Shown here piece by piece: positions 58,801-64,000 of a DNA stretch of 64,000 nt. The notes below the pieces were generated by a model. The model was not told where the DNA came from. It saw nothing but the letters and a program-made list of their open reading frames with translations, and did not search any database. Made by a program: the position numbers and the translations under genes. The stretch covers positions 1 to 64,000 of the IMG/VR virus record IMGVR_UViG_3300000547_000002. One strand, 5' to 3'. The stretch comes from a virus. Position 1 is the first letter of the stretch. The number at the start of each line of letters is the position of its first letter.

Positions 58801-59385
58801 GTCTGGATTCTGTGTTAAACCGTCTGGTGTAAAAACAAAAGCAAAGTTATCCCCATTATCTACAGATGTAACAGAATAGGTAGTTTCAACGTCAAACGAT
58901 TCGCCCGCAACAGGAATAGGATCTGGGCCATTAGGGAGCCAATAGTATTCTCTGAAATTTACAAACTTGTCCCAGTCTATGTGCGGATCCCACGCATAGT
59001 ATTCCTGTCTATTAAGCAGAGAATGATCGTCTGTGTTACCTCCTATATTTGAGATTTGATTTATATAATCATTGTAATCGCGATAGAAGGTAACATTGTC
59101 TATCGAATCTTTGGCAACGACAGCAGGTTCTAGCTGATAGTCTTCTCTCTGTTTAGACACATCACCAATATAGAAATCGTCTGGTCTAAACGCAGGCGAT
59201 GCTTTTCGGCCAAAATAACCGTTTATTTTTTCTACAACGCCGGGCTGCGTTAATTGATCAAACGTAGAAGAAAGAAATTTCTTGTTTGTTTCGGTCCTAA
59301 AATATCTAGGAAGGTGAAATGCGCTTTCTCTCTTGTCGTTATTACCGCCTGGCAATGGAAAATCATTTTGGTCATTAGTTGCCAT
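43837..59385 (-). CDS. giant (5182 aa) multidomain baseplate/virion protein (gp7-position wedge protein)
   Basis: Uninterrupted 15.5-kb ORF directly after the gp6-like gene; contains CBM5/12-like motifs, FG-GAP-like propeller blades, G.GY..P.V.I.GGGG.GA repeats, F.ADG...F repeats and an IPT/TIG domain. Confidence 0.8.
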   Translation of the reverse strand: MATNDQNDFPLPGGNNDKRESAFHLPRYFRTETNKKFLSSTFDQLTQPGVVEKINGYFGRKASPAFRPDDFYIGDVSKQREDYQLEPAVVAKDSIDNVTFYRDYNDYINQISNIGGNTDDHSLLNRQEYYAWDPHIDWDKFVNFREYYWLPNGPDPIPVAGESFDVETTYSVTSVDNGDNFAFVFTPDGLTQNPDITLYRGVAYRFVIDSPGVPISFRTERLTARAWTPFTSYSTGETVLVDSKIYIATQDHRSDDEFEKDADKWDNNEDLNLSRTIPVQGVEQGTVEFTLDENSPDFIYYVSDVDINAGGLIRIYDLEEASFIDVEKEIIGKKTYRTGQNFDLSNGMKIFFQGKTSPEFYQEGYYYVEGVGEEIALVPEAELTTPTDFLQNEIIEFDTEAYDTTPYSTAIGFAREKDYFTINRASGDGNLWSKYNRWTHRDIIETAARINNTELVIDQNQRATRPIIEFEAGLKLFNFGTAKKQAVDLVDDFTKDVFSTIEGSTGYSVDGVNLVEGMRVLFTADPDTFVSNKTFQVSFITFKGERQIALVEAEDAEPLIDQTVLCLQGRTYRGKILSYDGDTWSLSQQKESVNQPPLFDVFNCDGDSLADREVYPSSDFQGTRIFSYSMGNSPIDPELGIRLNYRNIRNIGDILFRFDLLQDSITFCPDNLQVLEEQTDLGFLKKFVSRTNFVWYNGWKKGFELSTQPVVRQFVVANSNTTFPIDVYDESALIDDLYVKVFVNNALQFQNRDYEFVTGSNNTLQIQFQRTLDNEDVVLIKTKSSQPKNQNGLYEIPSNLERNPQNENFEFITLGEINDHVQTIVSEIDEFEGAFPGVSNLRDQGTVSQFGKRIVKHSAPLSLALYHLDRNPANIIQAIRYSKNAYSKFKREFVEIATRLGFEGPTTKHFNQVMREYAANKTRQSEFFQTDMLAYGAAEISESRITFDGEVFFALSQPFDPNVLSSKSVLVYKNQQQLLIGYDYTITEENFVQLTESPSVGDTITIYEYETTNGSFVPATPTKLGLYPLFKPEKFVDDTYLEPREVIQGHDGSITKAYGDFRDDLLLELEKRIYNNIKIAYDPNIFDINDYVPSEFRSTGLTKDQIDDSILPDFISWTNLVEADYTENNFYERTNSFTYNYTGTGSIRDEVIRGYWRRIYKNLYDTDRPHTHPWEMLGYSEKPEWWEQTYGPAPYTRNNLILWEDLERGIIRKPDENIEFAPKYARPGLSAFVPVDAAGQLLPPLKTNYVKTYNSYELDNRFQFGDESPVETAWRRSSEYPFALISALIQNQPNRVFATAFDRSRTFRTGIDELSYEAANRQLTLSALKFPNRQTDEDIVLTSGLVNWIRDYIDSDQAYETYQQELKSLEVQLGFKLAGFSNKEKLKLLLDSRTPLNQGNVFVPEENYQIFLNTSTPIRNIFYSGVYIEKIPSGFIIRGYDEYNPVFTYYSYIEKQSDSTINVGGVSEATIEWDERKFISKGAVVVFQSRFYRTLESHTTSTQFDADKFVQLPEVPREGGRDIVIRTQFDRSQERTIKYGTVIENIQEVVDFLLGYGDWLEAKGFVFDYYEAENGFVADWQTAAKEFAFWTLQNWSEGSVISLSPGAFELRFRPENAMVGDIYDTFYGYSLFKVDGKPLEPRYVALTRENENEFRIRTRATEDGIFGVRISLIQKEHAVIIDNRTDFGDIIYDQGPGFRQERIKALGYRTTEWNGSLNIPGFVFDDARVTEWQPWRDYAIGDLVKYKEFFYAAKNRIPGAAVFNADDWQLLDERPESRLLPNFDYKTNQFADFYDLDTDNFDAEQQKFAQHLIGYQNRDYLANIINDDVSQYKFYQGFIQDKGTRNALTKLFDPLGSQDRESLEFFEEWAIKVGQYGAVDGFEEVEFVVDETQVSTDPQTFELVDSVDADYTGRVIKLLPGEVYLKPENYTHSIPVSKFVTKGYVQDSGYVAEEDVDFRVDTYDDILDIDYNQATLGSTVWVGNLEQDWDVYTLLNSDITVESIIESGSQFVLEISTGIFDLEIGEIISLDYTTQDGFYKIEDIVSNEVYVSGPNNLEIQENYAAINKLISSRFESARDVNRAINEIENGLSELYLDKDLNNRWKVLERSSSLVESEEINNPNSVPESFGTSFAVDSRNTVLVVGSPNDEDGKVFVYVRASASGNYKLAQTLVLQTGIADSGSRFGSSVAVSQDGRWIVVGAPGASNVASLYQGDFDENRDYAIGDVVRLRDNLWRATAPIQRFLESVPLGSWNSYLQNLIEKGLTGENDEQVEVVLAGNYPLVSVGADPDEQNIADHFLIRAPLDQYQGSSVGDQIKAEWNTLSYAYQDQTLLTERQPFNGDLANFDDSNLTGLLTISDKIETVLSIPNATAIPEAGQTIETANAVGTIAYVYNIGSALSIYIKDQNGDFDIEGTAITGIGEFIGQYEKVEPVENTADFSDAFGGFWKIDVAQNYEVNGKNSDTGRGLVIYDFVPQGETNQNRFYENVLNFEPPANSGPDDRYSEITTLSYEGLPGPYDQANFQLESDLFVVRAPKSISDRVAPGDEIDLFYNPVPSYENGVIKDITDTGLSVADVNKRHTIEYVWDGYIDITILGFESGRVVEPYDIFSEFVQLDPVTEQPIPQIIQDAEGLGTAEVLFYQKFNNDDARIYIRNIQGDWGLGRDFGENRTINFLADGSGDDFYDPDSGFRTIGQLDRRSFPNDDFGIGKMLVFKKQTPVLLEDIQNPRLLEAEYWFYREETVLGSTRPANVPSVINADWDKVFSVEASAGGDPSGLSNEGVVSVFERTGKVEWTNYKNLIVPDRKTDNQLGSQIESATINGLEKIFVKADESVASQNQEYGKIYSFKRGDSNGFFYDWELCIDKNYAGEYVETAATDDIIYSEGDVVFRNDKLYRAVTNVIPKPFDETEWELITTPVDYLGYIPNDSGLVLDNADISVLDAAGLVEFARDYAVSRNGEIIALSARYDDKDTVLVYRNLNEFYILDQTIQPDLADQDYGISVSITPDGRFIAVGAPRNSEGNIDQGKVYVYQQISGVFELIQTLVGPTEAIGEQFGTRVEFSDTILAITSKNSNASAVTTFDNQTTTFDKQFTMFVDQTENTGTVRLYQIEDNTALYFQTVDYDRGVRFFGENILLANEVLYASLPKLSTDRAEGVLIEYKKDSEDNFWSIKKQIKPTIDVDKIKQVILYNTKTNQLIEYLDYIDPLQGKVAGVADQEIDFKMYQDPATYTDGTQGNINKTNSWGARQVGKVWWDLSNARFLNPYQGTVTYSANNWNTLFSDSNSIDVYEWVESALLPSEWDSRSGTEQGFTQGITGTTRYGDNGYVTKRVYNEVTNTFSNRYYYWVRNKSTVPVVENRNLSARDIAQLISDPAGQGYRFAAFISKDEFAIYNSNSLFKNQDVALGVQYYTIENQDANVHNQYQILTENLESSRPNQDVEAKWFDSLVGFDQARRPVPDPALNPKQKYGILNRPRQSWFVNRIEALKQFVERLNRVLIDNLIIDEKDISGLLDTDPKPSIVSNRYDRTVETEIDLEFIGITRARPAVLKPVIDNGRIVDVDIVDAGRSYQRPPTIEIIGTGTGAELELEIDTQGRIVSVEIVSEGEYYNDATTILVRPFAVLVENDSTIDGKWAIYQRNRDNTDWIRISSQAYDVTKYWEYQDWYAAGYNANTGISFLIDSSYELFGLNDVIGDIVKIKNINSGGWLLLEKIADNDFIDYTQNYKTIGRENGTIQILPRLYDTARNLTGYDVTAFDGVNFDALPTTETRKILETVRDDILVDDLAGEYNGLFFASLRYVFAEQNFVDWAFKTSFVKAQHNVGELEQKLTFSNDNLASYEEYVKEVKPYKTKVREYLSTYDNRDNTETVVTDFDLPPRFVESEQKILPFKTVVRNNEVVTSDGDIVQDPYSNWIENFTHRVIEIDVVDSGQGYTNRPVVEITGGGGTGATAQASLGAGGTVSQISIVTQGSGYLSSPQVNIIGSIEEGGTPARAVARIGDNPVRTASVKIKFDRTSGNFEFVSLDTTETFTGSGFRQEFDLKWPMDLRSDRVSVFIDNAPVPRGTYSYENVVDNSKTYERSLGRVVIDPAPAAGTEIRIEYRKALDILKAADRINFEYDPKEGDLGKYLGQLMYGVDYGGVEITGFDFSGQTGWDSQGWFAQPWDVFDTDFEDEIINLDGSTITVELSQPLEANVVYNIYRVARDSNGNIVSNERMDDPNFGTADQTNENATCVSLIGDGSTTQIELDELNIPTTPEDSTEDSITIIVRKITSDGSFIPDPDSYDVSLSGGSLNYTNARGVLAEEIEIDGDGFVTETTSRGPEEIVPGQLQDTLDIQVYESPAAGGSSIEVRNFVADGARTEFSIGETPVNRDALFVKVDHDLKDSQDYVVDYQNGAVIFNSAPAANAVVSIVNLGNSGSRIFDIQQFQGDGETGEFLIPAAYSEDLEAYVTVNGVDKAFELQEADETYDRPGDTIVKFASPPAANSFVNIMVAESGIENSNLSIVRLDEFVADGSTTQFTLENDIFAQQPAVNNVLVFINDKLLRSVYNKQFEIQEGVLSYQLDVAQIPSDTTDPRYLEVYLNGNLLNYPGDFTFDPTDIPGVVNGNVINLVTGTAQPGDILEVFVMNTGEYRFGFIDESGEFIPQRGEDSTKPTLNIDSPYSEGDSIKVYSFSNHDIQNIERQVLTVNLNPNIAEGTPQWFENQQLSKGVINLTKPAQKKNSVWVVKNGNLLNHNVDYSVQNGGETVKLAEIPQDGDELEIIHFAANDVKPIFAWRQFKDILNRTHYKRIGKKQQLAEDLNWFDKRIEVIDASELPDPNYNSRMPGIVFIEGERIEYFVKQGNTLTQLRRGTLGTGVKDRYEAGTVIVEQGSANNLPYQDETQTIIVESSGYSRGLVEFENSPGVSITGITYDFNNNSAFPLGGQTATVTGTGFRENVVVHVGETECETTYINSETLQFVTPELPVGAYDLIVLNPATTTPLNIAQTSAVAPALVEYLQILLPYAPQPNPASETNWYKETEVISVADITPGRGYVIQESGDTDFVAIGAANNSPGTEFIATGVGSGTGRVINYTSIPYEYWEAQDIEVFVGGKRLRKTPYRVYNYEELDSPEGDIIREAEFAVNKNIGQYVRLTETPPPGIKISIVRKTGSLWSDIGTPLAQSNSDVAEFLLSQTTELPR

Positions 59386-62300
59386 TAGTGTTAAATCCTC
59401 CGATATTGGAGCTTGTTAAGCTTGAACTCTGTATGCCTGTGTTAGCCATTGAAGATTCTGTGATAATAGACGAACTTGCTCTTAATTCAGTTGCGGTTAT
59501 TTCGTCTATGATTTCTATATCTGCTACCGTTGCGCCCGATATAAAAATTTCATTTGATTCAGATTTTATTTCGTATAGTGATCCAAATGATGCTGTGCCT
59601 TCTACTGGCACTATTACAAAACTTGCTAAGTCTGGAGCGTTTTCATTGATAACATATGCTGCTAATTCTGAAAAATAAAATACATCTCCAAAATCCCAAT
59701 TGTCAAGAGCAAAATATCTATTGATGCTTCGTATTACTCGCGATTTTAATTCGTTGTCGTTTATTACAAGATCCGGATTCTTTACAATCTTGAAACTGGC
59801 CTGTAATTCTGGATCTGCCTTGTCTCCGAACAGAATCTTGTATTTCACAGGATGATAGATGATTTCGTCACTTATGCTTTTTATGCTGTTCAATTCTTGT
59901 CCAAAGTTAATAAACAGGCTGTCGTTGCTCGGAGGCAGAGGCTTGGTTTCTATATCTCCGCTTAACCATTGTCTAAACTCTTGATCGTAGGATCTTGTCA
60001 ATAAGAATGTGTCTATAATATTAGAAGCACCTGGATCTATTCTTACGTTTTGATCAGCAGAGTGAAAATACTGAAATCTTAGTTTGTCTCTACCAACTCT
60101 TGCTCTATAATTCGAATTGAGAGAAGTGGTGTTTGTTTCTGTGTTTAGATTTTCAAATATATCTTCTTGAACATAGTAGAGCAGTTGATTGTTTTCAAAT
60201 TCGCTCTTTGGAACTCTTTCGAATTCTGTTTTCTGATTGAATACTCTTATGCCAAGATCTTCTTTTGACACATATACAAAATCATTAACACCGTCGTTCG
60301 TTCTTACAGATTCAAGGAAAACCAATTTGTCTGCGGGATTTGTATTCTCCGCGACTACGTCTTCAAATGTGTCCGGAGAATCTACAACACCGTCGTTGTC
60401 AGAATCAAAGAAACTAACTTCAATTTTTTTAGAATCTACATAACCTAGTTCGTCTCTGAATTCTTTTACAATTTCCCAATCAAAATTTCTGTTGAACGGT
60501 TCTACGGAATCTGGCTGTGTGTTAATGTCAAGCACGGAAATTCTGTCTTTAATGGTTTTGCCAGTGGTAACGTCATATACCGTGTCTGAACTATCATAGT
60601 AAAATCTTACTTCTTGGTCAGACTCGAAAATATATCGTAGTGTTCTGTAGGTTACTGTATAGTTTTCACCGTTAGTTTCGAACACAATAAACCAACTTGC
60701 GTCAAGTTCGTTATCTGTCGTGTCGCCTGTTTTTCCGATAGAAAAATCAGCGTTTGTGTTAAGATTGTTTTGAGTAATAATCTGCCATTCACCTAATGTT
60801 CTGTCGTAGCGAATGCCAAACGTGTTGAATGAAAATATTTGATCTATTGCTTGATTTCTTACTTCGTCTGTTAGGCTGTTAGGCAAATCTGTTACAATTT
60901 CTGCTACTATTGCGCCTGTTGGCACAGAATCTGCGAGAACAACAGCACCAACACCTGCGTCTGAATCTTCTGTGCCGTCGCCTGTGACAGAGATTACCTT
61001 CGTCCATATCTGAGTGGATCCGCCTTGTGGGCCTGGCATGCCTTGTGCCAAGGCGCCGTTTAGAAAATATTGTCCAGCCGGTGCTTCGAATTTTACAAGT
61101 GAATTTGTTCTTATAAATCTAAGATTAGACGAAGCAAATTCTCCTACTTTTGCTCTCAATCCACCCGCATTAACAAAAGACCCAGAAGAAGAATTTGTTT
61201 GATCAAGCACTCTTTGCCAGGTATTTTCTAGGTCTCTTACTATAATTCTAGGATATTGGTCTAGATAGAAATTGTATAAATTTCTTTCTTCGAACAGCGG
61301 TTCTATTCTATTAACAATTATGCCTTCTATTTCTGTTAGACCGTTGAAATCAAATTCTATCTTTTCGTCTATGTATTCTTTGTATAGAGCTCCGTCTGAC
61401 GCAAAAATGTTTGTGGCACTATATTTGCCACTGGGGTCGATTAAATCAAAATATCTAGACACGCCAGAGGATGATCTATTCACTGATTTTGTTTTGATGA
61501 TTTCTTGGCTTAAGCCGAGAGGTGCTATCTGATAGTCTTCTCCTGTGATCATCCTATTTTGAGTGTAATAGGTAGAAGGAGCATTGGTCTTGATGCTTTC
61601 GTTTGTTTCTGATACACTGGCATTGTCTATTGTGTATTTTAAAGAACAGATAAGAGTAATAGTTTCCGCTCTACCCGTTTGGGAAATATAAGGAATTCTT
61701 ATCGCTATATTCCTCATATCCTGCGGCTTGATTAGAATTCTAGAATTAGCACTGGTTCTATAATAAACTCTGAATCCGCCCTGCGGTAGATTGCCAAATG
61801 TGCCGTCTGCGAATATTAGAGAAATTCTGTCTTCTACTCTTGTAAGCACAGAATAAATGTTTCTTTGATCTTTTTCCAAGCTGTTGTAAATTACGTTATT
61901 TCCTTCTACAGCATCAACTCTTGTCCAAAGTTCTTGTTCTAAACCGTTTTCGTCTGTAGAATATAACCATACATCTGTTTCATTGACATTAATAGCATCA
62001 ATAGCAGCAACTTGATTTGTGCTTGGATTGGTAATTGAAAAATCACCAAGGTCGAGCGAGCCCTGTCTAAAGTGACAGAAGTAACCTGTGTTTGTGCTTG
62101 CTGGTCCTTGACCGTCGTTTCTGTGTAGAAAGCCGAAGTCATTGCCAGGCAGTGGTGCTTCTTCCTGAATTCTATCCCCTGCAATGTCTGTTGAGACTAA
62201 CTCGAACGTGAGAGATCTTCCATCTACTGCTTTCGTAAAACTAAAGGTAGGGACAGCGTTAGATGCTCCATTCAGTTTATATTGTTCTGTTGGAACACCA

Positions 62301-62839
62301 TTGATGTTTGCTGATTTAGCAGGATTGCCTATTTTATTATTATTAGGAAGTGCTGCGTTTAACACTCTTTGAAACTGCTCGTTCCAGTTAGAATTAGAAG
62401 GATCATTCCATACAACGGTTTGATTCGCAAGATTAACGTTGTTGGAATCTCTTACTGCTTCTGTAGTCGATACAGAGTCTATCTTTAGTAGGCCGTTTGC
62501 TGCTTGGTTTCTTTTAGGGTTGTACGAAAGCAGTCTTGCTAATCGTAAAACACTTTCTCTTCTTTCTGCTAATTCTAGGTAGTTTTCTCTAGCATTAAGA
62601 TCTATTCTAAACGCAATGTTTTGGCCTAGGAAAGCCATCATGTCTATTAGAGCAAGATATTCGGATGACTCTATGTAGTCGTTAAAATCTTCGGGATAGT
62701 TCTCTCGAAGATAATTGATCATTGTTCTGCGAATATTGTCAAAGTCGTAACTTTGGAATTCCGCATTTCTAAATGATTGATAAACTCTTTTCCAATCTTC
62801 AGATACTAATAATCTATTTTGTCTGTTAGTAATAGACAT
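59375..62839 (-). CDS. baseplate wedge subunit (T4 gp6-like)
   Basis: DFDNIR..MINYL...DFNDY.ESS, E.YL..A..RESV..LA..L.YNP, FADGTFG, ETNESIK.NAP..Y.TQNRMIT.EDY. Confidence 0.85.
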   Translation of the reverse strand: MSITNRQNRLLVSEDWKRVYQSFRNAEFQSYDFDNIRRTMINYLRENYPEDFNDYIESSEYLALIDMMAFLGQNIAFRIDLNARENYLELAERRESVLRLARLLSYNPKRNQAANGLLKIDSVSTTEAVRDSNNVNLANQTVVWNDPSNSNWNEQFQRVLNAALPNNNKIGNPAKSANINGVPTEQYKLNGASNAVPTFSFTKAVDGRSLTFELVSTDIAGDRIQEEAPLPGNDFGFLHRNDGQGPASTNTGYFCHFRQGSLDLGDFSITNPSTNQVAAIDAINVNETDVWLYSTDENGLEQELWTRVDAVEGNNVIYNSLEKDQRNIYSVLTRVEDRISLIFADGTFGNLPQGGFRVYYRTSANSRILIKPQDMRNIAIRIPYISQTGRAETITLICSLKYTIDNASVSETNESIKTNAPSTYYTQNRMITGEDYQIAPLGLSQEIIKTKSVNRSSSGVSRYFDLIDPSGKYSATNIFASDGALYKEYIDEKIEFDFNGLTEIEGIIVNRIEPLFEERNLYNFYLDQYPRIIVRDLENTWQRVLDQTNSSSGSFVNAGGLRAKVGEFASSNLRFIRTNSLVKFEAPAGQYFLNGALAQGMPGPQGGSTQIWTKVISVTGDGTEDSDAGVGAVVLADSVPTGAIVAEIVTDLPNSLTDEVRNQAIDQIFSFNTFGIRYDRTLGEWQIITQNNLNTNADFSIGKTGDTTDNELDASWFIVFETNGENYTVTYRTLRYIFESDQEVRFYYDSSDTVYDVTTGKTIKDRISVLDINTQPDSVEPFNRNFDWEIVKEFRDELGYVDSKKIEVSFFDSDNDGVVDSPDTFEDVVAENTNPADKLVFLESVRTNDGVNDFVYVSKEDLGIRVFNQKTEFERVPKSEFENNQLLYYVQEDIFENLNTETNTTSLNSNYRARVGRDKLRFQYFHSADQNVRIDPGASNIIDTFLLTRSYDQEFRQWLSGDIETKPLPPSNDSLFINFGQELNSIKSISDEIIYHPVKYKILFGDKADPELQASFKIVKNPDLVINDNELKSRVIRSINRYFALDNWDFGDVFYFSELAAYVINENAPDLASFVIVPVEGTASFGSLYEIKSESNEIFISGATVADIEIIDEITATELRASSSIITESSMANTGIQSSSLTSSNIGGFNTNGN

Positions 62840-62860
62840 GCATGTTTCCTATTATACAAG

Positions 62861-62866
62861 TATTTA
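62861..62866 (-). promoter_or_regulatory. TAAATA late-promoter motif
   Basis: Intergenic, upstream of the gp6-like gene (AGGAA RBS). Confidence 0.6.
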
Positions 62867-62892
62867 TTTTAGACAATTATCTGGTATGTTAA

Positions 62893-63336
62893 CTAGAGAA
62901 TACCTGCGTTTTCGTCAAATTCAATACGCAGTGTCTCTGAGATATTGTAGGTTAGATAGGTAAGAGTGCATTCTACTTGAATACCATTGTCGTATTCATC
63001 TATCACGATACTATCGACAGAAACTCTAGGATCATAATTTACAATTCTTGTTACGTCGTCTGCTATAGCGTCTTTGATTGGATCAGTTAGTGGCTCGTAG
63101 ATTGCGCTCCAGATAATTGTGCCAAACTCTGGGTCAGAAAGCTTTTCGCCTTTCTGGATGTTAAAATGATTGAGTAGATCCTGTTTTATAAGTGAAATGT
63201 CATATAAAACAAAATTTGTAGCATCAGGATCAACGGTAGATATACCTCTGTAAGCCCTGCTTGTAACTGGAGGCTGGGCTTTTTTGTTAGAAGGTATATT
63301 AACCTGTTTATAGATATTCTTTTCTGTTGAAGCCAT
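62893..63336 (-). CDS. baseplate wedge subunit (T4 gp25/GPW-like)
   Basis: LIKQDLLN.F...KGEK...PEFG..I...IYEP...YDPRV. Confidence 0.88.
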   Translation of the reverse strand: MASTEKNIYKQVNIPSNKKAQPPVTSRAYRGISTVDPDATNFVLYDISLIKQDLLNHFNIQKGEKLSDPEFGTIIWSAIYEPLTDPIKDAIADDVTRIVNYDPRVSVDSIVIDEYDNGIQVECTLTYLTYNISETLRIEFDENAGIL

Positions 63337-63340
63337 AACG

Positions 63341-63346
63341 TATTTA
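63341..63346 (-). promoter_or_regulatory. TAAATA late-promoter motif, 4 nt before ATG
   Basis: TAAATA-cgtt-ATG63336. Confidence 0.6.
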
Positions 63347-63350
63347 ACTC

Positions 63351-64000
63351 CTAGCTGCCTTTCCTAAAAGTATCAGCAGTAGACTTATACTCTGCTGTCT
63401 CCGGCGGATTAATAGTGATAGCACCGTCTTCTTGTTTTTTTACATCTGTTTCTGTAGGAGTGTAAAATGCTGGATTTAAATTCTCGTGATGTGGCCAAGG
63501 TTCGTGTTGAGGAACACGTCTTAATATGCTAACAATGTCTATTGTTTCTCTAGGATCTCCTGGCAATGTCCAGGTTGCAAAACCTGTTTGTATACTTGCT
63601 TCTACAGCATCTGGTCCGTTCATGTATACTTTACCGTTTGGCGTTTGTTCTGTATGGTTTCCGTTAATCGAAAGTATATCTGTGTTTTGTCCTGCTGTAA
63701 TTCTATTTGACAATTCAGTGTTAATATCTAGATTACCAACAGTAGTAATCAGTCCATTGTTTTTTACAGTAATTTTTAAATCATTAGCAGTTTCTATCTG
63801 TAGATTTCTACCTGACTTAACATTAAAATCTCTTCCTGCTTCAAAATTTATATCTCTATCAGCTTTAAAATTTATATCTGCTTGAGTATGCACAGATATA
63901 GAATCTTCTGCGTAAATGTCTATTTTGCCATTTGAAGTTAGTTCAATCCAAGAAGTTCCTTGTGCATTACCAATATAAATGAGATCTTCTGCATTATGTA
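63351..64000 (-). CDS. baseplate hub/spike protein (gp5/VgrG-like), C-terminal part; starts beyond the window
   Basis: Frame open to the window edge (HNAEDLIYIGNAQGTSWIELTSNGKIDIYAEDSISVHTQ...); 8-residue beta-helix repeats DINFKADR/DINFEAGR/DFNVKSGR; adjacent to gp25. Confidence 0.8.
   Translation of the reverse strand, partial: HNAEDLIYIGNAQGTSWIELTSNGKIDIYAEDSISVHTQADINFKADRDINFEAGRDFNVKSGRNLQIETANDLKITVKNNGLITTVGNLDINTELSNRITAGQNTDILSINGNHTEQTPNGKVYMNGPDAVEASIQTGFATWTLPGDPRETIDIVSILRRVPQHEPWPHHENLNPAFYTPTETDVKKQEDGAITINPPETAEYKSTADTFRKGS

Noticed and set aside
43837-59385. Intein or intron explaining the giant ORF
   Set aside because: No splice-junction or homing endonuclease motifs recognised by eye.
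43993-62372. Numerous short ORFs (mostly plus strand) inside the giant and gp6 genes
   Set aside because: Antisense or out-of-frame shadows of long coding genes, with no RBS or motifs.
1-64000. Stop-codon recoding (TAG read-through), as in some large phages
   Set aside because: Long ORFs are intact in code 11, and TAG cleanly ends several genes (4373, 5535, 6690, 39275, 62893, 63351).
1-64000. tRNA, rRNA, CRISPR array, integrase or IS element
   Set aside because: Intergenic gaps are tiny, and no cloverleaf, repeat-spacer pattern or recombinase motif was seen.

Overview
Gene-dense segment of a large, T4-like (myovirus-type, probably jumbo) dsDNA phage genome using the standard genetic code. 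There are three parts. (1) Positions 1-5.5 kb hold small hypothetical genes plus a MoxR-type AAA+ ATPase and an HExxH/VWA protein, each behind a near-consensus sigma70 promoter. (2) Positions ~6.7-32.4 kb form a ~26 kb enzyme island lying between fibre/adhesin genes. It encodes 7 radical SAM-SPASM/Twitch enzymes, 4 GT-A-like and 2 GT-B-like glycosyltransferases, a UDP-glucose dehydrogenase, a compact DegT aminotransferase, an amidinotransferase, 4 putative 2OG-Fe(II) oxygenases, 2 atypical kinase-fold proteins, and SGNH-, QueC-, methyltransferase-, SDR- and GNAT-like proteins. It reads like a phage-encoded glycan/aminosugar biosynthesis and tailoring cluster and is the best candidate for an undescribed system. 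(3) Positions 32.5-64 kb (minus strand) are the tail/baseplate module: partial gp5-like hub, gp25, gp6, a 5182-aa multidomain virion protein, four fibres sharing an N-terminal anchor, and a fibre ending in a gp38-like glycine-rich adhesin. A TAAATA late-promoter motif precedes most transcription units, several apparently leaderless. No tRNA, rRNA, CRISPR, integrase or transposase was seen. All functional calls come from motif recognition by eye; no database searches were run.
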